A stretch of 39,200 bases of DNA from Candidatus Hodarchaeota archaeon (GTDB taxonomy: Archaea > Asgardarchaeota > Heimdallarchaeia > Hodarchaeales > Hodarchaeaceae), in NCBI GenBank assembly GCA_016839815.1, contig JAEOTM010000084.1, forward strand, positions 1-39,200, read 5' to 3'. Positions 8,921 to 18,909 of the stretch are shown in pieces; position 1 is the first letter of the stretch; each line of letters begins with the position of its first letter. The notes under the pieces are model-generated. The model was not told the origin of the DNA, made no database searches, and saw nothing but the letters and a program-made list of their open reading frames with translations. The translations under genes were made by a program, and so were the position numbers.

Positions 8921-9907
8921 ATGAATTGGAATACAAAATTCAAATGGTATAAATTTGGGGTAGTAAGAAAAATACGAAATTTAGAGGGAGATGACCTAGT
9001 TAAGGTCTTAGAAGAGACAATTGAGGATATCTATGCAAAAAAATTGGATAAAAATGGGTTATTCAAGCTCTACATAAACCAATTACAGAATTATATAGCT
9101 GATATAAAAAAGAAACCAAAAAAAGGACGTAAACGACAATACGATCCCTTCTTAATCCCCCGATCAGGAGATGGTAGAGTCGTCTTATTTGGATTATCTA
9201 ATGTCGGTAAAAGCACATTGATGAATGCAATAACCAATACTAATGTGAAAACAGGAAGTTATCTACATACAACACGCGAGGCTTTAGCAGGAACATTAGA
9301 ATTCAGGGGAGTTAAAATCCAGATAATTGATTTACCAGGTTTTCTAGATTTCAAAGAGGATTGGAATATTAGTAAACAGATAGTTAGAGTTGCTAGGACA
9401 AGTGATTCAATTTTATTGGTCATAGATCTTTCAATGGATATTGAGAGACAGTATACCTTTTTATTGACACAACTAGTCAATTCTAAATTACTTGAATCTA
9501 TAGATGATTCAGTAATCTATAACATTGGTATTATCGCTACTAAAGGAGACCTTCCAAGTTCAAAGCAAAATTTCAATATCTTGAAGTCCAAGACTAAAAT
9601 ACCATTAATACCTATCTCAATGAATAATCCAGAATCATTAAATAATCTTAAATCGTATATCTACCAGCTTATGGATGTGATTCAAATATACACCAAACCT
9701 CCAAGGAGAGAACCTGCGAAAATTCCATTTATCATTTCAAATGGGTCTACTGTTAACGATTTAGCCGAAAAAATCCATAATGATCTTGTTACGCATTTTC
9801 GTTATGCGAAAATTTGGGGAAGTTCGGTTGAATTCGAAGGACAACGAGTTACATTGGATCATGCATTAAGTGATGGGGATATTGTCGAAATCACAACATT
9901 CAGATAG
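8921..9907 (+). CDS. Divergent DRG/OBG-family GTPase with C-terminal TGS domain
   Basis: RSGDGRVVLFGLSNVGKST (G1), YLHTT (G2), DLPG (G3), TKGD (G4); TGS: IYTKPP..GSTV.DLAEKIH..FRYAKIWGSSVEFEGQRV..DH.L.DGDIVEI. Confidence 0.9.
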   Translation: MNWNTKFKWYKFGVVRKIRNLEGDDLVKVLEETIEDIYAKKLDKNGLFKLYINQLQNYIADIKKKPKKGRKRQYDPFLIPRSGDGRVVLFGLSNVGKSTLMNAITNTNVKTGSYLHTTREALAGTLEFRGVKIQIIDLPGFLDFKEDWNISKQIVRVARTSDSILLVIDLSMDIERQYTFLLTQLVNSKLLESIDDSVIYNIGIIATKGDLPSSKQNFNILKSKTKIPLIPISMNNPESLNNLKSYIYQLMDVIQIYTKPPRREPAKIPFIISNGSTVNDLAEKIHNDLVTHFRYAKIWGSSVEFEGQRVTLDHALSDGDIVEITTFR

Positions 9908-9971
9908 AGGAATATCTTCCTTATTCACTCATCTTTATGGGTCGTCTCTGGGTTTTCTATTGGCACTCATA

Positions 9972-10259
9972 CTAACTATAAGCCTTTTTAGCTTCATTAA
10001 TAATTGAAACCACTTCTGGAGACCAAGAATCATCTGTAGTGTTTGAAAGGGCAACTCCACAAGGCATTAAGTTCATTGGTACGCGATTTGATCCAAGCTT
10101 TTTACTTAAAATCTTTCTAATACATCGATCTTGTTTGTACCCTTTACAGTACAGTCTTACAAGCCCTCTTATAGCAAGATCCGCAAAATCTGGATCGCAA
10201 CTACGTTGTTTAAACTCATTGAAGAAAGCACATCCCGTTAGATTTTCACAGTCTGTCAT
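9972..10259 (-). CDS. Small Cys-rich hypothetical protein
   Basis: 95 aa with six Cys (CENLTGCAFF, YCKG, RCIR, NLMPCG); purine-rich RBS-like GAGGAAG upstream. Confidence 0.7.
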   Translation of the reverse strand: MTDCENLTGCAFFNEFKQRSCDPDFADLAIRGLVRLYCKGYKQDRCIRKILSKKLGSNRVPMNLMPCGVALSNTTDDSWSPEVVSIINEAKKAYS

Positions 10260-10508
10260 ACTAGTAACTTCCTCTTTAGGAAATGATAATACGAGTTAGT
10301 ACAGATCTTTTTTTTTTAAAACGAAAACTAGATAGATTCTCCTCCTCTCTGAATTAACCGAGGATATGTCTACTTCTAACATCTAGAAATCTTTTTACAA
10401 TATAATGGATAAGGTAAAAAACTCCAGATATACTTCTAGACAACTTTCCGTGAAGTAATAAAATTAAAATCTAATAAACTCCTATCTGAATGAATTGATG
10501 CGTTTGAA

Positions 10509-11501
10509 TTGGTGAGGAATAAAACGATTAAATGGGGAATCTTAGGTTGTGGATTAATAGCACATGCGTTTGCAGACGGATTGAAACAAATACCTGATGC
10601 CAGATTGGAAGCAGTAGCTTCGAAATCTGGGAAAGCTGAATCGTTTGGAAGTAAATTTCATGTGACAAAACGGTACGCTAGTTATGAACAGTTAGTAAAT
10701 GATCCCTCTATCGATATTATTTATGTAGCCACTACCCATAATTTCCATTTTGAAAATATGTTACTTTCCTTGGATCATGGTATACCTGTGCTAAGCGAAA
10801 AACCCTTTACAATAAATGCCTTTCAGGCAGAGCAGCTTATCAAGAAAGCAAGGAAAAATCAGACGTTTTTGATGGAAGGTATGTGGACACGATTTCTTCC
10901 CTGTGTGACAAAACTAAGAGAATTAGTTCATACCGAGAGAATAATTGGCGAAATTCGTCATTTTAAAGGTGATTTTTGTGTCAATCTCCCTTACGGGAAT
11001 GAACACAGAGTATTTAATCCCAAACTAGCTGGAGGGGCTTTACTGGATGTAGGTGTATATCCAATATCCTTTGCAAGCATGATTATGAAACAGATACCAG
11101 ACATTATAACGAGTGGTGTAATCATGGGAGAAACAGGTGTCGATATTTATGCAAATTATCTATTTTCATATAAACACGGAGCTACATCCATGATAGCGTC
11201 TTCTAATAAATATGTACTCCCCCATGATGCGTTTATCTTTGGAACTAAGGGGTATATTAACATTCCAGACTTTAGTCACCCCACAAAAATAAACATCTTC
11301 CTGAATTCACAGGAAAAACAGACTGTTGAAGTACCATATGAATCTACAGGGTTTCAATACGAAGCTATTGAAGCAGGGAATTGTCTCAGAGCAAACAAAA
11401 TCGAAAGTGAATTTCTTCCACTAACCGAGACTTTAGAGATTATGAAAACAATGGATACTTTACGATCTCAATGGGGATTCAAATACCCAGATGAGGACTA
11501 A
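10509..11501 (+). CDS. Gfo/Idh/MocA family oxidoreductase
   Basis: IKWGILGCGLIA Rossmann fold, DIIYVAT, EKP, LMEGMWTRF, GGALLDVGVY. Confidence 0.95.
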   Translation: MVRNKTIKWGILGCGLIAHAFADGLKQIPDARLEAVASKSGKAESFGSKFHVTKRYASYEQLVNDPSIDIIYVATTHNFHFENMLLSLDHGIPVLSEKPFTINAFQAEQLIKKARKNQTFLMEGMWTRFLPCVTKLRELVHTERIIGEIRHFKGDFCVNLPYGNEHRVFNPKLAGGALLDVGVYPISFASMIMKQIPDIITSGVIMGETGVDIYANYLFSYKHGATSMIASSNKYVLPHDAFIFGTKGYINIPDFSHPTKINIFLNSQEKQTVEVPYESTGFQYEAIEAGNCLRANKIESEFLPLTETLEIMKTMDTLRSQWGFKYPDED

Positions 11502-11639
11502 ACTTCTTTGAGTGAAAAGCATTCTGAATTAAGAATTTATAGAGAGAGTTAATGTAGTACTCTTACCAATTGTGATATTCTTAAGAGGGACAAAAGTATA
11601 ACAATCCCAAACCTTGGCTCTTGAATAAACTGTGATTTC

Positions 11640-12518
11640 ATGAAACAAAAAACGATTTATAACTCTCCTGAAGGGAAGAAAAGACTACTAGATATCTATG
11701 ATGATCATTTGAATAGTTTAAACATACCGTTTCGAGATATCTACGTAACTACACGGTTCGGTAAGACTCATATTGTTAATATTGGAAAACAAGATTCTAT
11801 CCCCCTCGTTTGTCTCCATGGAGGAAATTCAAATACTCCTGATATGTTAATAAGTAATATACTAATGATAAAAGAATTTAATTTATATGCAATTGACACA
11901 ATCGGCCATCCAGGAAAAAGTGAGGAGACTCACTTATCATCAGATGATTTGAGCTATGGTTATTGGCTATTAGACGTTTTAAATGAATTACAATTGGAAT
12001 CAGTCAATATCTATTCTGGGTCATTCGGAGCGGGGATTGCAATCCGATTAGCAACAGTTGCTCCAGAGAAAATTGATAAATTGGCTCTATTTGTCCCAGC
12101 AGGAATTGCTAAGGAGTCTATGAAAGATAAAGCAACATTAATGCTCCCTTACATGAAGTATAAGATACGACGTACCTCTAAAAACTTAATAAAATTATGT
12201 AGCACATTAATGACAAGATTTGACAATCAAAGGATAGAATTACTCCAAGCAATATTTCGAGATGTAAAAATCAATCCAAACATGCCTCGTCCAGCAGATT
12301 ATGGAGAATTAGATAATCTACAAGCGCCCACCTTGGTGGTAGCCGCTAAGAATGATATACTATTTCCAGCATCAAGGGTTATTCCTCGTGCAAAAGAAGT
12401 ATTCCCAAATTTGGTTTACACAGAGATAATTGAAGGATTGCATGAGCCAACACAAGAAATGTATAACTATATTCATGAGATTGCCTCAAAGTTCTTTCAT
12501 GATAAATTTACTTCTTAA
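11640..12518 (+). CDS. Alpha/beta-fold hydrolase
   Basis: LVCLHGG, AIDTIGHPGKS, nucleophile elbow SGSFGA, acid (KNDILFP) and C-terminal His (GLHE). Confidence 0.9.
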   Translation: MKQKTIYNSPEGKKRLLDIYDDHLNSLNIPFRDIYVTTRFGKTHIVNIGKQDSIPLVCLHGGNSNTPDMLISNILMIKEFNLYAIDTIGHPGKSEETHLSSDDLSYGYWLLDVLNELQLESVNIYSGSFGAGIAIRLATVAPEKIDKLALFVPAGIAKESMKDKATLMLPYMKYKIRRTSKNLIKLCSTLMTRFDNQRIELLQAIFRDVKINPNMPRPADYGELDNLQAPTLVVAAKNDILFPASRVIPRAKEVFPNLVYTEIIEGLHEPTQEMYNYIHEIASKFFHDKFTS

Positions 12519-12724
12519 TGGGAATAACATCTCAATATAAAGCAATAGACCCAATTGGTGCAATTATCTGGTTTAGTTGGGGTAAGAGGGTGAAATGATG
12601 ACCGTTGACTTCTAATATTGAGGGATCCTATAACTCTTGAAGTTTATAAACGAGTTTTTACAATCTGTGTGATTTTCTTCTCATTAGAATAATCATTGGA
12701 CCAAACTTCATTAATTTCGATCTT

Positions 12725-13366
12725 TTAAGTAGATTTCGACTCATTTAAGAGTGAATCAGCTGCAAACGCAGCGAATATGGATAGTATCATTGTAATAAAG
12801 CTAAACAATGATAAAATGATTACTATTAAGGGATCTTGAAGTTTGATAAACAGTCCAACAATGATCAAACCAGGCCAGAGGGAGAACCAGAAGACTACAG
12901 AACAGGTATAGATATATTTCCACCAGTGACTAAATCTATTTCTCCCATCTAATGAAATATGGTTTTTCCACCAAGTGAACTCTGAATTAATACGTGTACT
13001 TGCTAAGCTAATTGTAATACCGATTAAGAATGGCCCAGCTACCCCTCCTCCAAAAAATAGCATTAAAAATGAGAGGAGTAAGATACCCGTTCCCCCATGA
13101 TCTGTATGAATGAATTTCACAGCCCAAATAATTAAGAGACAGGAGATAACGATTGCCATAATCCCTGTAATAAAAAGATTCGGAATAAGAGTCATCGCAG
13201 GCTCTCCTCTAACAATCTCGTAGAGATCTGAGTCTGGCCAGGATTGGAACATCATAGAGGGAGGTGAAATATTCCCTTGAAGTATTTCTCCAGTTCCATG
13301 CTCAATTCCTGCAATAGCAAGTATTATACTGTAAGTTACAGCAGAAATTTCTGTCCGTTTTCTCAT
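12725..13366 (-). CDS. Hypothetical polytopic membrane protein
   Basis: About six hydrophobic helices; conserved-looking GIEHGTGEILQG and EPAMTLIPN motifs. Confidence 0.75.
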   Translation of the reverse strand: MRKRTEISAVTYSIILAIAGIEHGTGEILQGNISPPSMMFQSWPDSDLYEIVRGEPAMTLIPNLFITGIMAIVISCLLIIWAVKFIHTDHGGTGILLLSFLMLFFGGGVAGPFLIGITISLASTRINSEFTWWKNHISLDGRNRFSHWWKYIYTCSVVFWFSLWPGLIIVGLFIKLQDPLIVIILSLFSFITMILSIFAAFAADSLLNESKST

Positions 13367-13472
13367 TTTATCGCAGTTCTCCGAAAAGAAAGTATAACTA
13401 CTTAAAGAAGCTTACAAAGAACGTAATTAAAGGTTTGAGTCATTTTATAATACATCATAAAATTTGTAATGT

Positions 13473-14849
13473 ATGAAAAAGATTGCATTCATTGGAGCAG
13501 GATCTTTGGTATTTGGTGAAACGCTCCTTACTGATATCCTTAGTTTTCCATCCCTTCAAGAAGATATTGTACTATGCCTAGAAGATTTCAATCCAAAAAG
13601 ATTAGATCTAATGTATAGGTATATGCAGAAATATCGGGAGGATAATTTCTCTACTTTAGAGAATGTGACCCTAGAAAAAACTACCGATCAAAAAGAAGCA
13701 GTGACAAATGCAAAGTATGTAATAAATGCAGTTCTGATTGGGGGGCTAGATGTAGTAAAACGTGACTTAGAAATCCCCTTAAAATATGGAGTTACCCAGT
13801 GTGTAGGGGATACATTAGGACCTGGCGGAGTATTTCGATTTTTACGCACTACATCATTTTTTAAGAGCCTTTTAGATGATATTCACACATATGGGTATAA
13901 TGCGAATAATCTAGCGGGAAAAAAACCTCTTCTTTTGAATTACACAAATCCCATGGCTATGAATACTTGGTATTGTAATTCTCTGTACCCAGATTCAACC
14001 ATTGGGTTGTGTCACGGGGTTTTTGAAACCGCAGCTGTACTGGAATCAGCAGTTCACTATATGGATGTTGATCCTCAAGGTTTTGATTATCTATGTGCTG
14101 GGATTAATCATTTGGCTTGGTTTTTAGAAGTTAAATATCAAGATACAAATGCAGAATGGCATGATGCATATCCTCTAATTCGAGAAGCTAGTAAAACGCA
14201 ATTTTTCCTGACAGATGTCGAGAAATTACGGGTGGATATGATGAATGCAACTGGACTTTTCATGACTGAAACTAGTGGTCACTTAAGCGAGTATCTTCCA
14301 TATTATCGCAAGCGATCTGACTTACTGGAGAAATATAAAGGAGACGGTTTCTTCTCAGAACTGACTCATGCGTTAGATTACAATGAACAGATAGTAGCCC
14401 AGCGGAATCTTGAACAAGAATTTAAAGAAAAGCTGAACCAAGATACATTATCATTAAAGGAAATCCCTTCCTGGGAATATGCTCCTCAAATAATTAATGC
14501 CATGGAAAGTACAGTACCTGTAAGAGTTAATGGTAACGTAATAAACAAAGGAAATATTACTAATTTACCCGCTGAGTGTTGTGTTGAAGTACCAATCTTT
14601 TTTGATAGCTTAGGACCACACCCTCAAGGTGGAATAAAACTACCAACAGTTTGTCAAGCTCTTTGCATTTCTAACATTATGCCTCAAAAAGCTGCGGTTG
14701 AAGGAGCTCTCTCACTCGATCGTGAAAAGATTTACCATGCAGTGCTACTTGATCCCAATACTGCAAGTGTCTGTTCTCCTAATGAGATTCGTGAGATGGT
14801 TGATGAGTTGTTTGAATGCCATAAACAGTGGTTACCGGAGTTTAGCTAA
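13473..14849 (+). CDS. melA: Glycoside hydrolase family 4, alpha-galactosidase (MelA-like)
   Basis: KIAFIGAGS NAD-binding motif, GDTLGPGGVFRFLRT, LLNYTNPMA, GLCHG, AGINH, TETSGHLSEYLPY, NLP..CCVEVP, LLDPNTA. Substrate inferred. Confidence 0.88.
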   Translation: MKKIAFIGAGSLVFGETLLTDILSFPSLQEDIVLCLEDFNPKRLDLMYRYMQKYREDNFSTLENVTLEKTTDQKEAVTNAKYVINAVLIGGLDVVKRDLEIPLKYGVTQCVGDTLGPGGVFRFLRTTSFFKSLLDDIHTYGYNANNLAGKKPLLLNYTNPMAMNTWYCNSLYPDSTIGLCHGVFETAAVLESAVHYMDVDPQGFDYLCAGINHLAWFLEVKYQDTNAEWHDAYPLIREASKTQFFLTDVEKLRVDMMNATGLFMTETSGHLSEYLPYYRKRSDLLEKYKGDGFFSELTHALDYNEQIVAQRNLEQEFKEKLNQDTLSLKEIPSWEYAPQIINAMESTVPVRVNGNVINKGNITNLPAECCVEVPIFFDSLGPHPQGGIKLPTVCQALCISNIMPQKAAVEGALSLDREKIYHAVLLDPNTASVCSPNEIREMVDELFECHKQWLPEFS

Positions 14850-14952
14850 ATCATTTTCATATATTACGAAGATCGCAACAAGAAATTTATGATAAACCCT
14901 AAACTATTGTTAATTCGAAAAGAGTGTTTCTTCAATTACCGCCGTATTGGAA

Positions 14953-14990
14953 GGCTATTAGCATGAAAGGGTGCTAATAGTCCTCTTTTC
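14953..14990. terminator. Stem-loop between convergent genes, putative terminator
   Basis: CTATTAGCA-TGAAAGGG-TGCTAATAG (perfect 9-bp stem, 14955-14980) followed by CTCTTTTC. Confidence 0.5.
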
Positions 14991-15043
14991 ATTCTTTACT
15001 TGGAAAGGGAGAATAAGTACCCTGCTCGATTAATTTTAAATTT

Positions 15044-15937
15044 CTACCATTGAAAGATCCTCTTTTGGTCCGTAAGCCAAGCTTTAATTGGATTCTTGAA
15101 CGGGAGGTTATCCCAAACCTGAATTTCTTCATAGCGTGCAGTAATTAACGCATTAATATCATCAGGTCTGTATTTCTCTATACTTTCGAAGAAAAGGTGA
15201 AGGGGATAATTATAGTCGAAGGATAATTCTCTCAGTTCTTTTTTTTCAAGTGAACTAAGGATAACTGCTGCTAGGATAACTTGATGGATGAAAATTCTAT
15301 AGATTGAGTCTTTTTCATAGTATTCCAGTATCTTTGGATGCTGATATATTTCCTTAAATTTAGTTTGCCATAAATGAAATAAATCCTCTTTAGGATCAAC
15401 AATAAGACAACCAGCATTAAAATATGGACGAAGTATATTCCCGTCTACGTGCGTTCTCATGGGAAAGATATCTTCATCTTTAACACCACATTTCTCATAC
15501 ACTAGCTCCCAAAATGGATCTATTGGTTCATCATATAATGAACCAATCAATGTATGATGAACGGGTCTATAAGCAAATTTTATGTCCTTTTCAAGAATAA
15601 AAGCGCCAGGTTGATTAAGAATCAAAGTATCTGGAGTTAACCATGCTAGAGTATGGTGATTCTCCTTGGCAAAAGATTCCGCTGTTGTAGCAGCTTGAAC
15701 AAATTTTGCAAATGGGAATTTATCTAATTCAGGATCCGAAGTGAATGCAAGTACTTTAGCATCCATGTCTAATAATTGTCGAACATATTGACTTGGAAGT
15801 TTTTCCTTAGATTTTGGGACGACAATATAAATCGGGCAATTTGATAGTGTCCCAGCATATTTTCTAATACTAGCTACTAAAACCAGTGTTTTAATATCCT
15901 TACCGCTTGACATCCATGCAAAAACTAAGTTACTCAT
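15044..15937 (-). CDS. Hypothetical protein, glycosyltransferase family 8 (GT-A)-like
   Basis: LVASIR, AWLTPDTLIL (DxD position), YFNAG, HQ, YNYPLH pattern resembling GT8. Confidence 0.55.
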   Translation of the reverse strand: MSNLVFAWMSSGKDIKTLVLVASIRKYAGTLSNCPIYIVVPKSKEKLPSQYVRQLLDMDAKVLAFTSDPELDKFPFAKFVQAATTAESFAKENHHTLAWLTPDTLILNQPGAFILEKDIKFAYRPVHHTLIGSLYDEPIDPFWELVYEKCGVKDEDIFPMRTHVDGNILRPYFNAGCLIVDPKEDLFHLWQTKFKEIYQHPKILEYYEKDSIYRIFIHQVILAAVILSSLEKKELRELSFDYNYPLHLFFESIEKYRPDDINALITARYEEIQVWDNLPFKNPIKAWLTDQKRIFQW

Positions 15938-16111
15938 AGCATTTCATCCCAATTTCATACTGATTCAAGTAATAATCCCAATCCTCATTTGACTTGATAT
16001 TTTTTTCTTTCTACAGAGGCAATTCTGAGTCAACTTCTCAAAGATTAACAGGAAAATTTCACTTACCAGAGTAATCATCTTTAAGAGTGGCACTTTCTTG
16101 GAAGCTTTAGG

Positions 16112-17356
16112 ATGACAATCTCAGAAATACCCACATTGACTCATAAAGAGTTGAAACATGTTCTTCTAGTAGGGTGTAACTTACATCAGTATTTTGGTTC
16201 AGGTAATGAAGGAATAAGAACCCTAATTAAAGCACATGGATTTGTTCAACTGGATCCTCTGAGTCCTGCTGGTCGATACCATGATTATTTCTTTCATGCA
16301 CGTCTCAATGAGTATTCCATGGGGCAATTTGAACAACTAGCATATCTGAAGGATCGTCTAGTTTTTGAAACTTACTTCCATAATTTGAATGCTATCTTTA
16401 TTGAGCATTTTCCCTTCTTCAATAGTTACACTGGAAAGGAACATTTAGGAAGATATTATTCCCGGCTCTTGAAAAATTTGGAACAAGTAGGAGGTAGTAA
16501 GCTCCTTGATGAGGTATATTCACATGTAAAGGTTCATGGGCCCACAAAGAGTGCAGACTTAGCAAAATTAGGGAAAGCTGATCCTAAGTATGCTTCTTGG
16601 AAATCAAGCAGAAACTCTGGAACTGCCCTTGAGCTTCTATGGTGTCTAGGAAAACTAGCAATAGTCGAACGTGATAACAATTTCAGGAAGAAATATGATT
16701 TAACTGAACAATATTTTACTAAGGAATTATTAAAGAAAAATAAATATTCCGAAGAAGAACGTCAGCTTTATAGATTAAAGCTTAAGCTGAGAGCCTTCCC
16801 CATTATTCCAATCGGAAAATTAACCGTGAATAAGGAAGGAGAAATTCGTTCTAGCAAAAAGCAGGAATTTTCCCTCTCCTCGTTACAAAAAATTAAAAAG
16901 ACTCACAATGGAATTTTCCCAATTTTGACTAAGGATAAAGACGATTTAGGTTATGTTATTTCATCAAATTGGAAAGAACTGAGTAAAGATACATTAGACA
17001 GTGAGATGCGTGTTATTGGTCCTTTAGACCCCGTAATTTGGGAACGTGATTTACTCAAAAGACTTTTTAATTTTGAATATGTTTGGGAAGTTTATAAAAA
17101 AGTTGAGGATAGAGTATGGGGGTATTATGTCTACCCCCTGTTATACAAGGGAGTATTCATCGGAAGGCTAGAGGCAAAATATGTCAAAAAAACCAAAGTT
17201 TTAGAATTATTCAATTTCCAGAAAGAAAAGACCATAAAAATCGATGAAAAAATATTGGATGCCTTTGAGAGAATGATTCAAAGGTGGAAAAACATGGTGG
17301 GAGCTGAAAAACTCGATTATGACTCCACATTACCAAATCAACTAAGTCATGTTTAA
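16112..17356 (+). CDS. YcaQ/AlkZ-family (HTH_42) DNA crosslink-repair glycosylase
   Basis: FVQLDP (QxD), LELLW..GKL, NFRKKYDL, GPLDPVIWER, LFNFEYVWEVY, R.WGYYVYPLL..G.FIGRLE. Confidence 0.9.
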   Translation: MTISEIPTLTHKELKHVLLVGCNLHQYFGSGNEGIRTLIKAHGFVQLDPLSPAGRYHDYFFHARLNEYSMGQFEQLAYLKDRLVFETYFHNLNAIFIEHFPFFNSYTGKEHLGRYYSRLLKNLEQVGGSKLLDEVYSHVKVHGPTKSADLAKLGKADPKYASWKSSRNSGTALELLWCLGKLAIVERDNNFRKKYDLTEQYFTKELLKKNKYSEEERQLYRLKLKLRAFPIIPIGKLTVNKEGEIRSSKKQEFSLSSLQKIKKTHNGIFPILTKDKDDLGYVISSNWKELSKDTLDSEMRVIGPLDPVIWERDLLKRLFNFEYVWEVYKKVEDRVWGYYVYPLLYKGVFIGRLEAKYVKKTKVLELFNFQKEKTIKIDEKILDAFERMIQRWKNMVGAEKLDYDSTLPNQLSHV

Positions 17357-17461
17357 TTCTCTAAGTTGGGGTTAACTTTCGCCCTCCTCCCAAAGAAAAC
17401 TTTTTCACATTCCTAAAAGTCATCTCCTAAATTATCTCAAATAATATTAGAGAGTGAAAAA

Positions 17462-17857
17462 ATGACAAAAGATGCAGATTTATTAGAAGAAGTTCGTAAA
17501 ATACGTGAACTATTAGAACCTGCACCGGCTCCACCTCCCACTCCTCCTAAAAACTTTTTTGAGGAATTCAAGGATTTTCTTAAGAAATATAAGGTAATGG
17601 GACTCGCTGTTGCGTTCATTTTGGGTATTTACTTAGGTGCATTAGTTCAGGCACTTGTCAGTGATTTGGTAATGCCTCTTATTAATCTTGTGCTTCCAGA
17701 TGTACCATGGGACAAGATTGCGCTTTTCCCTACAGAACAAAGCCCAGATGGAATCTTTCTTATAGGCCATTTTACTGGTGAACTCGTTACATTTATTATA
17801 GTAGCGTTTGTTATCTTTTTACTAGTAAAATTTACTGCTAGAATAGGAATTGAATAA
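17462..17857 (+). CDS. mscL: Large-conductance mechanosensitive channel MscL (atypical termini)
   Basis: EEFKDFL S1 helix, VMGLAVAFILG..LVQALVSDLVMPLI TM1, IGHF...LVTFIIVAFVIFLLVK TM2. Confidence 0.92.
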   Translation: MTKDADLLEEVRKIRELLEPAPAPPPTPPKNFFEEFKDFLKKYKVMGLAVAFILGIYLGALVQALVSDLVMPLINLVLPDVPWDKIALFPTEQSPDGIFLIGHFTGELVTFIIVAFVIFLLVKFTARIGIE

Positions 17858-17886
17858 GACCTATTCGCTTCCTTCTCTTTTTCGGT

Positions 17887-18744
17887 TTATTCGTCTAATT
17901 GAGTTATTAAACTTTGTACAAGAAGAGAAAATGTGTGCACTAGGGATGGATGCCTGATGAGAACCCCATAAGGTTCTTTTTCAGCTTCTAAAAGGATTAG
18001 AAATACTATCCGATTATCCACCATAACTCCGTTGAATCCAGTGTTTTTCTCAAAAAAGAATGTTCGTAATGCAGGCATGGCACTTTGAAGATTGATAGAA
18101 AAATTTGGAATATTTAAGGAATCTAGCTCAGTTTTATCTTCTTCTGATACGCTTATCCCCAGGACTGTGCATTCTCTGTTTAAGATCTTACCTAAAGTAT
18201 TTTTTTGCCGTTTTAAGTGTTTGATTGAGAGAGATAGATAGAGAATTTCCTCAGTACTCATGATGGTCTCACGAAGTATTCTTGAAATATTCGATTCTCC
18301 AAAAATGACCTCAATTGGCTCAAGTAGGGGTTCAGGATCGGGTACTATAGTTAATTTCTGTAATTGTTGCATACCATGCAAAATCTTCTGAAGTGCATCA
18401 TCTACTTCTTCCTTAACTTTCTCCTGTTTAGATCTAAGTGCAGGTTCGTATTCATTTGCACGGTATCGATATGGCTTTCCTGTAACCTTAATCCTTTGAA
18501 TGAGCCCTTGCCTTGATAAATTCTTTAATGCGCTATAAACACGTCCCATAGGTACTTGAGCAGTTGTAGCAATTGCTTTAGCTTCTGCTTCTTTTAAAAT
18601 ATAAAGCGAAATAAGTACTTTTGATTCATAGGTATTCAGTCCAAGCTTTATAAACGCATCTTTCAATGTATTCTGGTATTCAGAATCTAATAGTCGAGAA
18701 ATCGTTGTGAGATCCACTGCATTTTCATTACGATGGTTGGTCAC
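17887..18744 (-). CDS. TrmB-family transcriptional regulator
   Basis: LGLNTYESKVLISL..A..IA..AQVPMGRVYSALKNL..GLI wHTH, followed by an effector-binding-like domain. Confidence 0.9.
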   Translation of the reverse strand: MTNHRNENAVDLTTISRLLDSEYQNTLKDAFIKLGLNTYESKVLISLYILKEAEAKAIATTAQVPMGRVYSALKNLSRQGLIQRIKVTGKPYRYRANEYEPALRSKQEKVKEEVDDALQKILHGMQQLQKLTIVPDPEPLLEPIEVIFGESNISRILRETIMSTEEILYLSLSIKHLKRQKNTLGKILNRECTVLGISVSEEDKTELDSLNIPNFSINLQSAMPALRTFFFEKNTGFNGVMVDNRIVFLILLEAEKEPYGVLIRHPSLVHTFSLLVQSLITQLDE

Positions 18745-18909
18745 ACGATCACCGGATTCTTCATAAAGTTAATCAGATATTGGACAAGTAGGATAGAGTA
18801 GAGCTTCTTTGAAGGAGATTACGAACTTTTTGCTAGAGATGAAAATCGGAGTTTATCAAATTTCCCTATTGGGTAGGAAAAATATGAAAAAAGAGGGGGT
18901 TTAAGGTGA

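Noticed and set aside
14941-14990. Hairpin containing ATGA considered as a SECIS element
   Set aside because: Flanking genes end in TAA/TAG, no in-frame TGA selenoprotein candidate is nearby, and the ATGA is at the loop rather than in a kink-turn core.
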